Sequence record: MF498774.1
Direction: 5' to 3' (one strand)
Length of the DNA: 64,000 bases
The notes under the pieces are model-generated. The model was not told the origin of the DNA. It saw nothing but the letters and a program-made list of their open reading frames with translations, and searched no databases. The translations under genes and the position numbers were made by a program. The first letter of the stretch is position 1, and every line of letters begins with the position of its first letter. Positions 24,820 to 36,768 of this stretch are shown here, piece by piece.

Positions 24820-26502
24820 TTAGGCACCCAGAACACGTACACGACGGTAGAAGGAGTTCTTACCGAAGATTGCAGCACCCGGCATACCGGAAGTGATCTT
24901 GGAGAAGCCTTTGTTCTTGGAACCGTCAGCGAACGGGTGCAGTTTAACACCGTAACGGGTCTTGAAGCCAAGAATGGTAGCGAAGGACTTAGGATCCACA
25001 CCACGCAGCGGGCTCAACGGGACGTATGGGCAGTAGTACAGACCTGCATCCAGTTCGGAGCTACCCTTGAAGCCTACAGTGAAGTAATCTTCAACAGCGT
25101 ACTGGTCGATGAAGACACGATACTTACCAGCCAGAACACCAGCGAACTGAGATACGGAGGTATCAGTGTTCAGCTTGGTAGTACCAGCAGCAGCCGGAGA
25201 AACCAGTTGGTCGGTGGAACCGAGCATTACGGCAACGTTACGGGAACAGATTACGAAGTTACCGTTACCACGACCGGTTTGACGACCGATTTCAGCAGCT
25301 TCCTTATCGATTTGGGTAACCAGAGCCTTGGCGCTCTCACCTTGCCAACGAGCACCACGAATGTCGTTCGGGTCGGCAAAGTTGAAGACACCAGCTTGAC
25401 CACCATGTTGGTTAGTCCAACCGGTCTTACCAATTTGAGCGGTAGCGTTGATCCACAGGATCATTTCACGGTTGATTTCTAGCATGATTTCGTTAGCCAG
25501 AATGCTGGACAGTTCGCTATCTGCATCCAGACCATGAACGTTACGCAGGTCCTGAGCCAGTTCGATGGAGTACTGAGCTTTCAGTTGACGAGCCTTAGCT
25601 TCAACTACTTGCTTATCAATACGGAAACTCATTTCAGGCCACGGGTTATTGCTGGAACCATTAAAGTTCTCTTGCAGTTCCGCCATGGAGGTAGCCATAC
25701 CTTCACCGATTTCAACCGCGATCTTGTCGTGGATTAGTTTCAGGTAACCAGCGGTTTTAACGTCAGCAGCAGTACCAGCAGTATAAGCGGTAACAAACTG
25801 AACAACCTTAGTACCGGAGTTGGAATAAGCGTCTACTTCTTCATCCAGTTGGAAGCGAGCCAGATCACCGATTGCATAGGTTCCGTCTTTATCAAAAGCA
25901 GGAATCAGCGGGGCAGTGGCACCACGACCAGAGAAGCTGGAATCAGGTGCATATTGCGGGTGAAAAGCTTCGCGAGCTTGAGCATCCAGCGCATCAGTAC
26001 CATAGATGGCACGAAGGGTGAATACCTGACCAGCGGAAGAGGTCATCGGCTGAACACCACAGATATCAAAGGCAATCAGGTTGCTGATAGCACGACGAGC
26101 CAGACCCATAACAGCCGGACCGACGTTGGTGATGTTACCGGAAGCTTCACCAGAGGCGATCTTAACAGCATCATAACCGTGGTCACCGACGATGTTAGCT
26201 TCGGTTAGCATGGTTTCCATCTCTTCACCGGTCAGTTCGCGACCTTCTGCCAGAGCAGCGGCTTGAGCTTCGTTCAGCATCTTTTTGGCTTCTGCCAGTT
26301 GAGCTTTACGACCTTGAACGTCAACCATGGAGTCGATTACGGTTTGGTCGGTATATGCAGCACCGTCGTTACTCTTGATGTCTTCATATTGGTTTTCCAT
26401 CAGACGAGCGACGATATCCTTGCGCTTCATGGTAGCAATTTCCGGCATACCTTCTTTTTCAAGCAGCGGTTTCCACTTAGCGATAATAGCGGTCTTAGAC
26501 AT
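24820..26502 (-). CDS. gp23: Major capsid protein gp23 (560 aa precursor)
   Basis: KWKPLLE, LTE|ANIVGDHGY, NLIAFDICGVQPM, SIELAQDLRNVHGLDA and GFKTRYG. Confidence 0.99.
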   Translation of the reverse strand: MSKTAIIAKWKPLLEKEGMPEIATMKRKDIVARLMENQYEDIKSNDGAAYTDQTVIDSMVDVQGRKAQLAEAKKMLNEAQAAALAEGRELTGEEMETMLTEANIVGDHGYDAVKIASGEASGNITNVGPAVMGLARRAISNLIAFDICGVQPMTSSAGQVFTLRAIYGTDALDAQAREAFHPQYAPDSSFSGRGATAPLIPAFDKDGTYAIGDLARFQLDEEVDAYSNSGTKVVQFVTAYTAGTAADVKTAGYLKLIHDKIAVEIGEGMATSMAELQENFNGSSNNPWPEMSFRIDKQVVEAKARQLKAQYSIELAQDLRNVHGLDADSELSSILANEIMLEINREMILWINATAQIGKTGWTNQHGGQAGVFNFADPNDIRGARWQGESAKALVTQIDKEAAEIGRQTGRGNGNFVICSRNVAVMLGSTDQLVSPAAAGTTKLNTDTSVSQFAGVLAGKYRVFIDQYAVEDYFTVGFKGSSELDAGLYYCPYVPLSPLRGVDPKSFATILGFKTRYGVKLHPFADGSKNKGFSKITSGMPGAAIFGKNSFYRRVRVLGA

Positions 26503-26539
26503 TTTTGTTTTCCTTTTTGGATTTGAAATTTAATTTTCT

Positions 26540-26615
26540 GGGAGAAGAACCATTTCTTCTTTCCCTTACAAATATATTTAGGGGAGTTATTTCTAGTTAT
26601 TTTTTATAACTCCCC
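26540..26615 (-). promoter_or_regulatory. Gene 23 late promoter with upstream hairpin and 5'-leader hairpin
   Basis: CCCCTAAATA at ~26575-84; upstream GGGGAGTTAT...ATAACTCCCC; leader GGGAAAGAAGAA-ATGG-TTCTTCTCCC. Confidence 0.7.
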
Positions 26616-26628
26616 GTTAAACAGAAAA

Positions 26629-27462
26629 TTACCAGTGCATGAACTCTTGCACAGACTCATCGATTTTTGATTTGGGTTCTGGCTTTTTATCTTTCTTACC
26701 TTTTTCGCCTTTCTCACCCTTTTCATCTTTGTCGTCTTTCTGACCTTCGTCATCATTGAAGTTAAGATTTTCGTTTAGAGGTTTCTGATTAGGTTCTTGT
26801 TCTTTCTTCTGAGAAACCATTTCAACCAGAGCACTTACACGAGTACCGAATTGTTCAGCAGAACCAAACGAAATTCCTTCACAAAGAGTTTTAACTTGTT
26901 CTTGTTGAACCATAGTCAGATCTTTAATAGACTCGGCGATAACAGCTTCACGTTCTTTAGCTTGAATACTTTCGGTCAGAGCAGAGTTTTTACTAACCAG
27001 ATCGTTAATCATGCTTTGGGCTTCTTCCAGTTCAGCAGCTTGTTCAGCAACGATGTCAACTGCATCCTCTGGAACAACAACATGATGAGACACAAATAGT
27101 TCTTTCATACCAGCAAGCAGACTTTCAGCAAGTTGGGCTTGGATACCAGTTTCAATAGCTACTTTGTTATCTTCCATAAAGCTTTCTGCTAGATGTTCGA
27201 AATAACTATCCATGGTTTTAATCAGTTCTGCATTCTTTGCTTCGGCAGCTTCTTGAACCAGTTCATCGGATTTAGCGGCTAGGGCTTCGATGTGCGATTC
27301 TGCGAGCTGTACGGCTTCTTCACGCAGTTTGGTTTGAAATACTTGGGTCAGTGCGTCAACTACACCCTCGCTCAAATTGAGCCCTTGCAGAGCGCCAGAA
27401 ATGGCATCTGCTTGTACAGTGATATTTTTAGATTCACTGAGCAGTTGGTCTTTAATAGACAT
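26629..27462 (-). CDS. gp22: Prohead core scaffold protein gp22
   Basis: KDQLLSESKNI, YFEHLAESFMEDNKVAIE, LKELF-like segment, and LVEMV followed by a charged tail; late promoter at 27534-40. Confidence 0.93.
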   Translation of the reverse strand: MSIKDQLLSESKNITVQADAISGALQGLNLSEGVVDALTQVFQTKLREEAVQLAESHIEALAAKSDELVQEAAEAKNAELIKTMDSYFEHLAESFMEDNKVAIETGIQAQLAESLLAGMKELFVSHHVVVPEDAVDIVAEQAAELEEAQSMINDLVSKNSALTESIQAKEREAVIAESIKDLTMVQQEQVKTLCEGISFGSAEQFGTRVSALVEMVSQKKEQEPNQKPLNENLNFNDDEGQKDDKDEKGEKGEKGKKDKKPEPKSKIDESVQEFMHW

Positions 27463-27483
27463 TGGTTTTTCCTTATTTGAAAG

Positions 27484-28209
27484 TTAACTTTTCAATGCTT
27501 CGATTAATTTTAGAATCTTTGCATCGTCTGTATTATTTAGGGTAGGTTTTTGATCGGTTTTTGATTCGTTAACTCGGTATGCGTTTGTATACGCATTAGG
27601 TGCGCTTGGTCCCCAAACAACATCCACCCCAACAGTTAAACGATAACCTTCTTGAACTTCATTTAAACCGCGTGAATTACGCTTTAAAGAACCAAGACCA
27701 CGAGAACTAACACCCGGAATCCAACCAGCTCTAATAAGAGCAGCGACCTTATCACCTTCCGCATGGTCTCCTTCTACAATACGAGCACGACCATAAACGT
27801 CATTACCTTTCCACCAGAGCTTTTCAATGACCAAAGCTGACTTGGATGGATCTGGATAAGAACGATCACCGGGGTGATTTAGCTCACCAAGAGATTGTTT
27901 AGACGCAACCTGATCTTTAATGTATCTTTCTACGGCTTTTTCCATTACCCGTTTTGGATAAATACGACCATTACCATTAGGAACTTCCGCTTGGAGGAAA
28001 ATACCCTCGATATAAAGATTACCAGTACCTTTGTCATCCACTGATTCAATAAGGTAACATTCTTTATTGGGAACCCCGGATTCATTTTTCTCGGTTAGAT
28101 TAGTATCAGTCCTATATTCGGTGCTCCAATGCTCAATTAAAAGCATATTTTTTGAAGGTTCACCGTTGTCTCTACCTTCCCAGTTTTCTACTAGAATATT
28201 TTCATACAT
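27484..28209 (-). CDS. gp21: Prohead protease gp21
   Basis: LYIEGIFLQAE..NGNGRIYPK, LGELNHP, GWIPGVSSRGLGSL and DVVWGPSAPNAY. Confidence 0.97.
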   Translation of the reverse strand: MYENILVENWEGRDNGEPSKNMLLIEHWSTEYRTDTNLTEKNESGVPNKECYLIESVDDKGTGNLYIEGIFLQAEVPNGNGRIYPKRVMEKAVERYIKDQVASKQSLGELNHPGDRSYPDPSKSALVIEKLWWKGNDVYGRARIVEGDHAEGDKVAALIRAGWIPGVSSRGLGSLKRNSRGLNEVQEGYRLTVGVDVVWGPSAPNAYTNAYRVNESKTDQKPTLNNTDDAKILKLIEALKS

Positions 28210-28211
28210 GA

Positions 28212-28688
28212 TTAGAGCCCCATCGAATGGCGCTTACGCATAGCCTTTTTATATTTCTTATTAGCTCGAATCTGAATAGACGGGTTAGCTCTTTTGGTTT
28301 TAACCGCATGTCTAGCAATTTGACGACGCTGTGACTTACTTAATCCAGTGGTTTGTGACGCTCTACGTTTACGGGTTTCGCGGTCATGGATACGTGTAAC
28401 AGTACCGGCAGCATTTACACGCTTCACAAGAACTTCATCAAGTTCCTCAGACTCTTCCAAAATACTTAGGATCGCCAATGCTTCAATCGCATTTTCAGAA
28501 ATCATATTTTCTGCAATTGTCAAAGAGTCATCTTCACCAAATACAGATTTAAGGTGTTGTGCTTTTTCGGGAGCAGTTGATTCAACGCATTCAGCGATTA
28601 ACGAAAGGAGTACGTCGTACTCCAAATCGGTTTCAAGAATGCGAGAACCTTTTACTCCCCATTTGGAAATTACTTCTTGTTTTTCCAT
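28212..28688 (-). CDS. gp68: Prohead core protein gp68
   Basis: VKRVNAAGTVTR..DRETRKRRASQTTGLSKSQRRQIAR...KRANP. Confidence 0.93.
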   Translation of the reverse strand: MEKQEVISKWGVKGSRILETDLEYDVLLSLIAECVESTAPEKAQHLKSVFGEDDSLTIAENMISENAIEALAILSILEESEELDEVLVKRVNAAGTVTRIHDRETRKRRASQTTGLSKSQRRQIARHAVKTKRANPSIQIRANKKYKKAMRKRHSMGL

Positions 28689-28716
28689 TTTATTTTCCTT
28701 ATGGGGTTGTTAAAAA

Positions 28717-28872
28717 TTATTCTTGTTCGTCTTCGAAGGGGGCTAAGGATGCTCCCATCTGAACCCGCATATCATGAGTTTTAGCGGCAATACGTGAAAA
28801 CATTTCAGTTTCGAATGCACCTTTAGCGGCAATAAGATCACCAGCTCGTGCTGCATTAATAAATTCTTCCAT
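28717..28872 (-). CDS. gp67: Prohead core protein gp67 (51 aa, not in ORF track)
   Basis: MEEFINAARAGDLIAAKGAFETEMFSR resembles T4 MEGLIEAIKSNDLVAARKLFAEAMAAR; between genes 20 and 68; late promoter at 28886-92. Confidence 0.8.
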   Translation of the reverse strand: MEEFINAARAGDLIAAKGAFETEMFSRIAAKTHDMRVQMGASLAPFEDEQE

Positions 28873-28897
28873 CACTCTATACCTTTATTTAGTGTTG

Positions 28898-30475
28898 TTA
28901 AAAATCAGCGAGACCATCTTCTGGATTTGGTGGATTGAGAATTTCGGATTTCATTTCTTCCTCAATCTTCTTCGCCTCTTCTTCAATTTGTTTATCTGTC
29001 ATTTTCATTATGTCTTTCATTATTGTGTTATGAGACATATATTTCCCGACGATATTATTTTGAATGAGACTACTTACCACATCTATTCTACGTTGAAGAA
29101 TCTCAATATCTTTAAGTTCTTCATAATAAGAATCTTTGGCATATACAATCTTGATGTTATTCTTTTCTTCGTCCCATTCTTCCTGACTCATAATACCTTT
29201 TAGAATAAGGTTTGTAACCAGCGGGTCATAGAAAATTGGGTCAAATTGGCGCTGCATACCACGAACCAATTTAGCAAACAACAGCTCATCACGAGATATT
29301 TCCCCACCATTTGAAAATGTAACACCACCAGATTCCATTGGGAGGCGACTAAGTGGTAATTTCATTGCTTCATACACTTTACGGTTGAACCAACGAACGT
29401 CGTCCATTTCACCAATAGACTGAGCACCCGGAAGAGTAGAAATCTCAGTAGAAGCCTTACCATCGCGACGCATCAACCAGAAATCTTCTGTCATGCTTAG
29501 GTTATTGGCTGCTGTTTTAACCTTACCAGTTGAACTGTCATAGATAACCCGGTTTTTAAAACCTTGCATGACTTTGTTTACGTGTTCGGTTGCTTTTTTC
29601 GGTTGCATATTACCAACGTCAATATAAAAAATACGACGTTCTGGTGCGCGTGATACGCGATATATAACCAATGCATCCTCTAACATCTTCAAAATGTTAG
29701 CTGGCTTTATTGCAGCATGTAAATGTCCTATAATGGATCTACCATCACAAGATACTTTGCCACTATGAGCATAAACCATCGCATCTCGGGGGATAACGAT
29801 ATGGTTTGTATTGGCTTGGTTTATATTATAAGTTGAACATTCAGTACCAGAATAAGTAAAATATTCACGATGACCTTTATAAATGCTATTACCACCTTCA
29901 ACCTCTTTAAAGTTTTCTCTGTGATAATATACGGCTCGTGGATCTAACAACCGAAGTTCTTTAATACCTTCTTTTTGGTGTTTCGGGTCGATCATTTTAT
30001 GGAAATAGATTCGACTATCGACATACCAACGGCGATATAATCTCTTACCTTCTTTTTCGAAGTTCAAAAGAGACAATATTTCTTCAAATTCTTCCTGAAC
30101 CCGGTCTTTAATGGATTTATTCCATTTAGTTGCATCCAGATCCAATGAAACAGTATTCTTTTCGTCTTCTTGAACAATTGCATCGTTTACGATTTCATCA
30201 ATCGCATTATCAACTTCGTGATAATTTGTTAGAGCGCGATATTGATCTATAAGTTGACGAGTTGAATTAATTTTTTGTTCAGTACCATATGCATAAGCTT
30301 GATATGCACGACTGGGTGCTGATGTATCGGTTCTATCAATAGAATTTGCACCATCGGGATTGTCTGGTGCGGAGAAACTATCAATACCCGATTTTAGTTC
30401 TATATCTAGTTCCTTATCGTCATCTTTCGCCCACGGACGAAGAAAACTTGGAACAGTAAAACGACCATTGAACAT
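28898..30475 (-). CDS. gp20: Portal protein gp20
   Basis: YHEVDNAIDEIVNDAI, RRWYVDSR, EDALVIYRVSRAPERRIFYIDVGN and EDFWLMRRDGK. Confidence 0.98.
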   Translation of the reverse strand: MFNGRFTVPSFLRPWAKDDDKELDIELKSGIDSFSAPDNPDGANSIDRTDTSAPSRAYQAYAYGTEQKINSTRQLIDQYRALTNYHEVDNAIDEIVNDAIVQEDEKNTVSLDLDATKWNKSIKDRVQEEFEEILSLLNFEKEGKRLYRRWYVDSRIYFHKMIDPKHQKEGIKELRLLDPRAVYYHRENFKEVEGGNSIYKGHREYFTYSGTECSTYNINQANTNHIVIPRDAMVYAHSGKVSCDGRSIIGHLHAAIKPANILKMLEDALVIYRVSRAPERRIFYIDVGNMQPKKATEHVNKVMQGFKNRVIYDSSTGKVKTAANNLSMTEDFWLMRRDGKASTEISTLPGAQSIGEMDDVRWFNRKVYEAMKLPLSRLPMESGGVTFSNGGEISRDELLFAKLVRGMQRQFDPIFYDPLVTNLILKGIMSQEEWDEEKNNIKIVYAKDSYYEELKDIEILQRRIDVVSSLIQNNIVGKYMSHNTIMKDIMKMTDKQIEEEAKKIEEEMKSEILNPPNPEDGLADF

Positions 30476-30556
30476 ATGAGTAATCCTTTTATTTTATCTA
30501 TATTTATTTAGGGCAATAAAATTAAAAGGATATGGGGTATTTCTACCCCAATCATT

Positions 30557-31045
30557 TTATTCCCACCAGTCCAAAGCCATAATAACTTCAAACATTTCAA
30601 CCTCAGACCCAGTATCCCAGTCCAAAGCAAGTTCGGAAATTTGGGTAGGCCAAGTACCATAAACTGTATAAGAACGAGTGCGCTTACCAGTACGGTCTAG
30701 TTGATGTACGGTTGCTTCCTTCTTATACACGGTTGGAACTTCACCATTGATATTACGACCAAGGGATTGAGCTATATTTTGCCACTCAATAAATTGTTGA
30801 CGTGTGTTGTGTTCGGTGTCATTATAGACTGTGAGTGTCCAGTCATCGAATGTACGGTCACCAGCCAGTTTGAGCTTTTTATTCTGATAACCCAGAATTA
30901 CGGGTTCTACAGTTGCACCCGGCATAGAAGCAGCTTTACATTTAAATGAAAAGTCTTGCCCCATGAAAGGAATTTCAATCTCAAACAGGTTAGGGCGAGC
31001 CAGATCACCGTTAGAAAACGCACGGCTTACATCAGTAAGATCCAT
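30557..31045 (-). CDS. gp19: Tail tube protein gp19
   Basis: GDLARPNLFEIEIP, AGDRTFDDWTLTVYND, WPTQI.ELALDWD and DWWE. Confidence 0.97.
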   Translation of the reverse strand: MDLTDVSRAFSNGDLARPNLFEIEIPFMGQDFSFKCKAASMPGATVEPVILGYQNKKLKLAGDRTFDDWTLTVYNDTEHNTRQQFIEWQNIAQSLGRNINGEVPTVYKKEATVHQLDRTGKRTRSYTVYGTWPTQISELALDWDTGSEVEMFEVIMALDWWE

Positions 31046-31112
31046 TTTAAACCTCTTTGTATTCTTTAATTATTTAGGGTGGTTAAAATGGGGGATATTA
31101 TCCCCCACTCTA

Positions 31113-33149
31113 TTAGTTTTGTGGACCAACCAACTCATCGAAGTTAGCGGAAGTTCCCACGGCGGAGAAGTTCAGGCTAACATAGTTGATAGACCGTGCT
31201 GGTTTGATTAGAATAGTTGCAACAAACTCGTTACGGTCAATAACCGCTGGGGTGTTGTTTGTCTCATCACACACGACACGGAAATCATAGATACCACCAA
31301 GAGACTTGATAGAATCTAGGTAGGAATTGACCTCACTGCGGAAAGAGTTACGAGTGAACGCATCGTTATTCTCAAACAGCTTATATTTCGCACTTTCAGA
31401 GATAGACTTCTTCAACAGGTTGAACAAACGACGGACGTTGATCCGGTCGAATGGGGTTGGTTGAAGACTCATAGTCTTATCACCATACAGAATGAAACCT
31501 TGTCCGGGGAATCCAACTACTGGGTTCATACTGTTTTGATACAGCTCATCACGATGTGCTTGACGAGTCTCGATAGCCAGCTTACGAACGTCTAGGATCT
31601 GACCACGGTTAAAACCAGCCGGAGACATCCATGGTTGGGCTACTGTGTCTGTACGAGCACACAAACCAGCCATATCAGCAGACAACGGAATCCAACGGTT
31701 AGTATCGTTGTATTTGTCATATTGCAGCTTGTAGTTTGCAGATGTAGAACTGTAGGTGGTTCCTATGTTCATGTTATCATCAACCACAACACCCGAATCG
31801 GTAACACCACGACGCCATTCAACCATCTTCTTAACAGAAGTTGCTACAGGTAGGTTTACCATGTATTCGCGGGGTGGGCTAATCCAGCCAAGGCAATCCT
31901 GACGCTCGTCACAGATCGCAGCAACGGATTTCTGTACAGTTGATGCAATTTCCACACCTTCACCAGCACAAGAACCGGCAATAAACAGGTTTACATCTAC
32001 GTGCTCACGGTCGGAGAACATATCCCAACCTTCGATCCAATCACCGGCAGAAGCAGTCGAGTTACCACTATTACCGCCACCGAATGTAAGGATTCCGGAA
32101 TATTCAGTAGGCCACGACTCAGCAACACCTTGAATAAAGGTGGAATATCCATTAATGAAGAATTCATCAACATAGATACTGGAACCGTATATATCGCGGT
32201 CATTCTCTTTTACTGACAGAACACGAGATTCAACAGCAGAACCACCAACAAAAACAATCATTGCGAACTGGTCTTTTGTTTGTGGACCATATTCCAAATA
32301 AGAGCTTGGGGTGATATTACCAAAACTCAAGCCACTCGGGAAAGTTTTCAGATTTACTGTATTAACAGACGAAATCTTACCATCAACACCAAACTTGTAA
32401 TAATCTTTGTACGCAATAAATGCGACTTGGATATTATCACCGGTCAGACCGGCATAACGAGAAGCAACAACCGGAATACCATAAGATTCACACATATCGA
32501 TGTATGTTTCAGTCGTTTCGTCTCTACGAAGCAGGGATTCACGGGAATATTCATCATTACGGATATAAATCTTACTATCTTGACGAATACCGTTCAGTAC
32601 AGCCGTTGCAGATTGACCACTACCGGGACCACCAGAGGTGAATTGGATCTGCCATCCATTTTGAAGGGCTGGGTAATCGTTAAGTTCTTTTGCCTTTTTA
32701 ACTACTTCGGCAGTAGAGAATCTAACGAAGGTAATACCACCAACGGAGTTAAGTGCAGACACTTTACCAGTGGTGATAGTTGCACCATTTTGGAGAATTT
32801 TAACATCGTCACCAATACGATAATCAACACCCGGAGATGTAATAGTATAATCAATTGTTTCAAAAAACGGACTAGAGTTACGTGCAGTATCTTCATCAAG
32901 AATACGGACGGTACGAAGATCGTTACCATATTTCAGGAAGTTGATCGCACTGAGAACGCTATCAGCAGTTTGATTATCAGGACGACCGAAACGGTCGATA
33001 AGATCGGTCTCGGAAACTAGTTGAGAAATTTGATATGCAGGACCCCACTGGAATTTACCAGCTAGAGCCGCCCGTCCAGTAGATGAACGGGCAATAGTAG
33101 TTTGCATATTATTCTCTTTAGCTTCTACACCCGGAGAAAGTAATGCCAT
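31113..33149 (-). CDS. gp18: Tail sheath protein gp18
   Basis: LLSPGVEAKE, GKFQWGPA, PWMSPAGFNRG, FDRINVRRLF and IKPARSINY. Confidence 0.98.
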   Translation of the reverse strand: MALLSPGVEAKENNMQTTIARSSTGRAALAGKFQWGPAYQISQLVSETDLIDRFGRPDNQTADSVLSAINFLKYGNDLRTVRILDEDTARNSSPFFETIDYTITSPGVDYRIGDDVKILQNGATITTGKVSALNSVGGITFVRFSTAEVVKKAKELNDYPALQNGWQIQFTSGGPGSGQSATAVLNGIRQDSKIYIRNDEYSRESLLRRDETTETYIDMCESYGIPVVASRYAGLTGDNIQVAFIAYKDYYKFGVDGKISSVNTVNLKTFPSGLSFGNITPSSYLEYGPQTKDQFAMIVFVGGSAVESRVLSVKENDRDIYGSSIYVDEFFINGYSTFIQGVAESWPTEYSGILTFGGGNSGNSTASAGDWIEGWDMFSDREHVDVNLFIAGSCAGEGVEIASTVQKSVAAICDERQDCLGWISPPREYMVNLPVATSVKKMVEWRRGVTDSGVVVDDNMNIGTTYSSTSANYKLQYDKYNDTNRWIPLSADMAGLCARTDTVAQPWMSPAGFNRGQILDVRKLAIETRQAHRDELYQNSMNPVVGFPGQGFILYGDKTMSLQPTPFDRINVRRLFNLLKKSISESAKYKLFENNDAFTRNSFRSEVNSYLDSIKSLGGIYDFRVVCDETNNTPAVIDRNEFVATILIKPARSINYVSLNFSAVGTSANFDELVGPQN

Positions 33150-33161
33150 TTTATTTTCCTT

Positions 33162-35084
<1,923 letters not shown>

Positions 35085-35390
35085 TTATCCCTCAAAAATA
35101 TATCGATAGAATGAACCTCTGGGGATATCTAACTTATTAGTAAATTTGATAACAGAGTTCCCGATGATATATTTATCACCAGAAACATCATATCCTAATT
35201 TAGAAAAAATATAGGTGTATAGTTCTCTAACAAGTGGATAATTAACAACTTGAACTCTAACACCATTTCTGTGTGTTAGAATATCCCACGATGTACTAAT
35301 TAGATGGTCATTAAATTCCGTTCTGTCTAGGTCAATATAAGCCCTTAGATGTTCTTCTGTTTTTATATGGTCTCGCCAATTAAGTTGCAT
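35085..35390 (-). CDS. Hypothetical protein inserted between genes 16 and 17 (101 aa)
   Basis: GAGG SD and ATG 35390 overlap the end of gene 16; the stop lies 3 nt before the gene 17 ATG. Confidence 0.7.
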   Translation of the reverse strand: MQLNWRDHIKTEEHLRAYIDLDRTEFNDHLISTSWDILTHRNGVRVQVVNYPLVRELYTYIFSKLGYDVSGDKYIIGNSVIKFTNKLDIPRGSFYRYIFEG

Positions 35391-35892
35391 TTTTAACCTC
35401 TTCTGATTCACCATCAATAACAAGAGATTGAGCCTGTGTTTGGGTTCCTTCTCTTAGCATTAGTTCAGCAGGGGTTCCCATAAAAACAGTAGCGTTTTCA
35501 ATATTCATACTCGGGCTAGGAGTTTCTGGTTTATTTCCACCAGTCTTTGTTTTCTCGGCTGTAATTGCGTCCATTTCTTTATGGAGCTTAAGAATTTCCT
35601 TTGTATTAGCAGTCCACGTTCCCATTAACTGAGTAAACGCATTAACTTGGTTTGGACTCTCTGAATTCTTTGCATTCTCCAATGCAATTGCCGCCATAGC
35701 CATAATCATTTGTTGTTGTTGGTTTAATGCTTGTCTAGCCAAACTGTAATCGTCTGATAGGTCTTTTGCTCTATCTAACGGGTTGGATTCCACCGGAAGT
35801 AATACAGTTGGTTCATACACAACAACTTCGCCACCATCAAATCCGGGCAACCCAGACACATCAAGTAGACTTTTCATATCTAATTCACTCAT
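35380..35892 (-). CDS. gp16: Small terminase subunit gp16
   Basis: LLDVSGLPG, VESNP, DYSLARQ, ALENAKNSESP and EILKLHKEM. Confidence 0.95.
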   Translation of the reverse strand: MSELDMKSLLDVSGLPGFDGGEVVVYEPTVLLPVESNPLDRAKDLSDDYSLARQALNQQQQMIMAMAAIALENAKNSESPNQVNAFTQLMGTWTANTKEILKLHKEMDAITAEKTKTGGNKPETPSPSMNIENATVFMGTPAELMLREGTQTQAQSLVIDGESEEVKNAT

Positions 35893-35893
35893 T

Positions 35894-36706
35894 TTAATTC
35901 TCTCTTGGTTTTGATGGTTCTGGATCTACGGGGATTGGTACTCCAGCAGAGCAAGTTTCTATATAATCCCCATTCCATGTATTCGGTGTGGAATCGAAAG
36001 GGGCCACTTGTGAGTCAACGGATTCATAAGCTTCAACCGGTAGTCTTTTCATATTCCCAAAGAAATCAAGATATGTTGTTTTGATCTCACCCTTAAGGTC
36101 TGCAAAGTTTGCATACATCCATCCATCTAGTTCAAAGAATAAGGTCCATTCTAGACGACGACGTTCTCCCCGGTCTCCTTCTAATTCTTCTGACATAGAA
36201 ACAGATTGGATTGTTATCTGAATATCTCTATTGACTGGGGTTTTACCGTCATGAAGTTCAACAATTTTGCATGGGAAGTTAGGTTGGAAATATGGTAGAA
36301 TTTGCTCTACGATGGTATGCATATCAGTTTCATATCTGGTATGAATAGAAACCTCAAAAGTAAATTTCCAAGGTACTGGGTTGAAAATATTATATGACTT
36401 ATTGTTTTGGTCAGATGCTTGTCTTCCCTGCATACCTGTTTTATACTGGGAATTATACATCATATCCACCATATGGATATTTATTCTAGGGAGAATGGTT
36501 TCACCACGAGCCATTTCACCATCATAATTGTTGCTAAACGCATTGTTAAGCTTTATGATAAATCGCTCTTTTGATGCGTTTGTAATTGGTACTTTATTAT
36601 AAAACTTTTGGTCTCCCCGTGTACGTTCTACTTGTACACCGCTAAGGAGGTCCATTAGCAAAACCGTATATCTACGCATTGAGCTATTATAGAAATATCC
36701 AAACAT
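35894..36706 (-). CDS. gp15: Tail terminator / sheath stabiliser gp15
   Basis: MFGYFYNSSMRRY, VPITNASKE, ILPR and IVEQILPYFQP; late promoter at 36733-39. Confidence 0.95.
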   Translation of the reverse strand: MFGYFYNSSMRRYTVLLMDLLSGVQVERTRGDQKFYNKVPITNASKERFIIKLNNAFSNNYDGEMARGETILPRINIHMVDMMYNSQYKTGMQGRQASDQNNKSYNIFNPVPWKFTFEVSIHTRYETDMHTIVEQILPYFQPNFPCKIVELHDGKTPVNRDIQITIQSVSMSEELEGDRGERRRLEWTLFFELDGWMYANFADLKGEIKTTYLDFFGNMKRLPVEAYESVDSQVAPFDSTPNTWNGDYIETCSAGVPIPVDPEPSKPREN

Positions 36707-36768
36707 AATTTATACTCCATATGTATTTATTGTATTTAGGGAAGCGGGGTTTCCCCCGCCTTTATATT

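Noticed and set aside
24808-25482. 224-aa plus-strand ORF antisense to gene 23, downstream of the antisense sigma70 promoter
   Set aside because: TTG start without SD, separated from the promoter by a terminator, and fully explained as the stop-free shadow frame of a strongly codon-biased gene.
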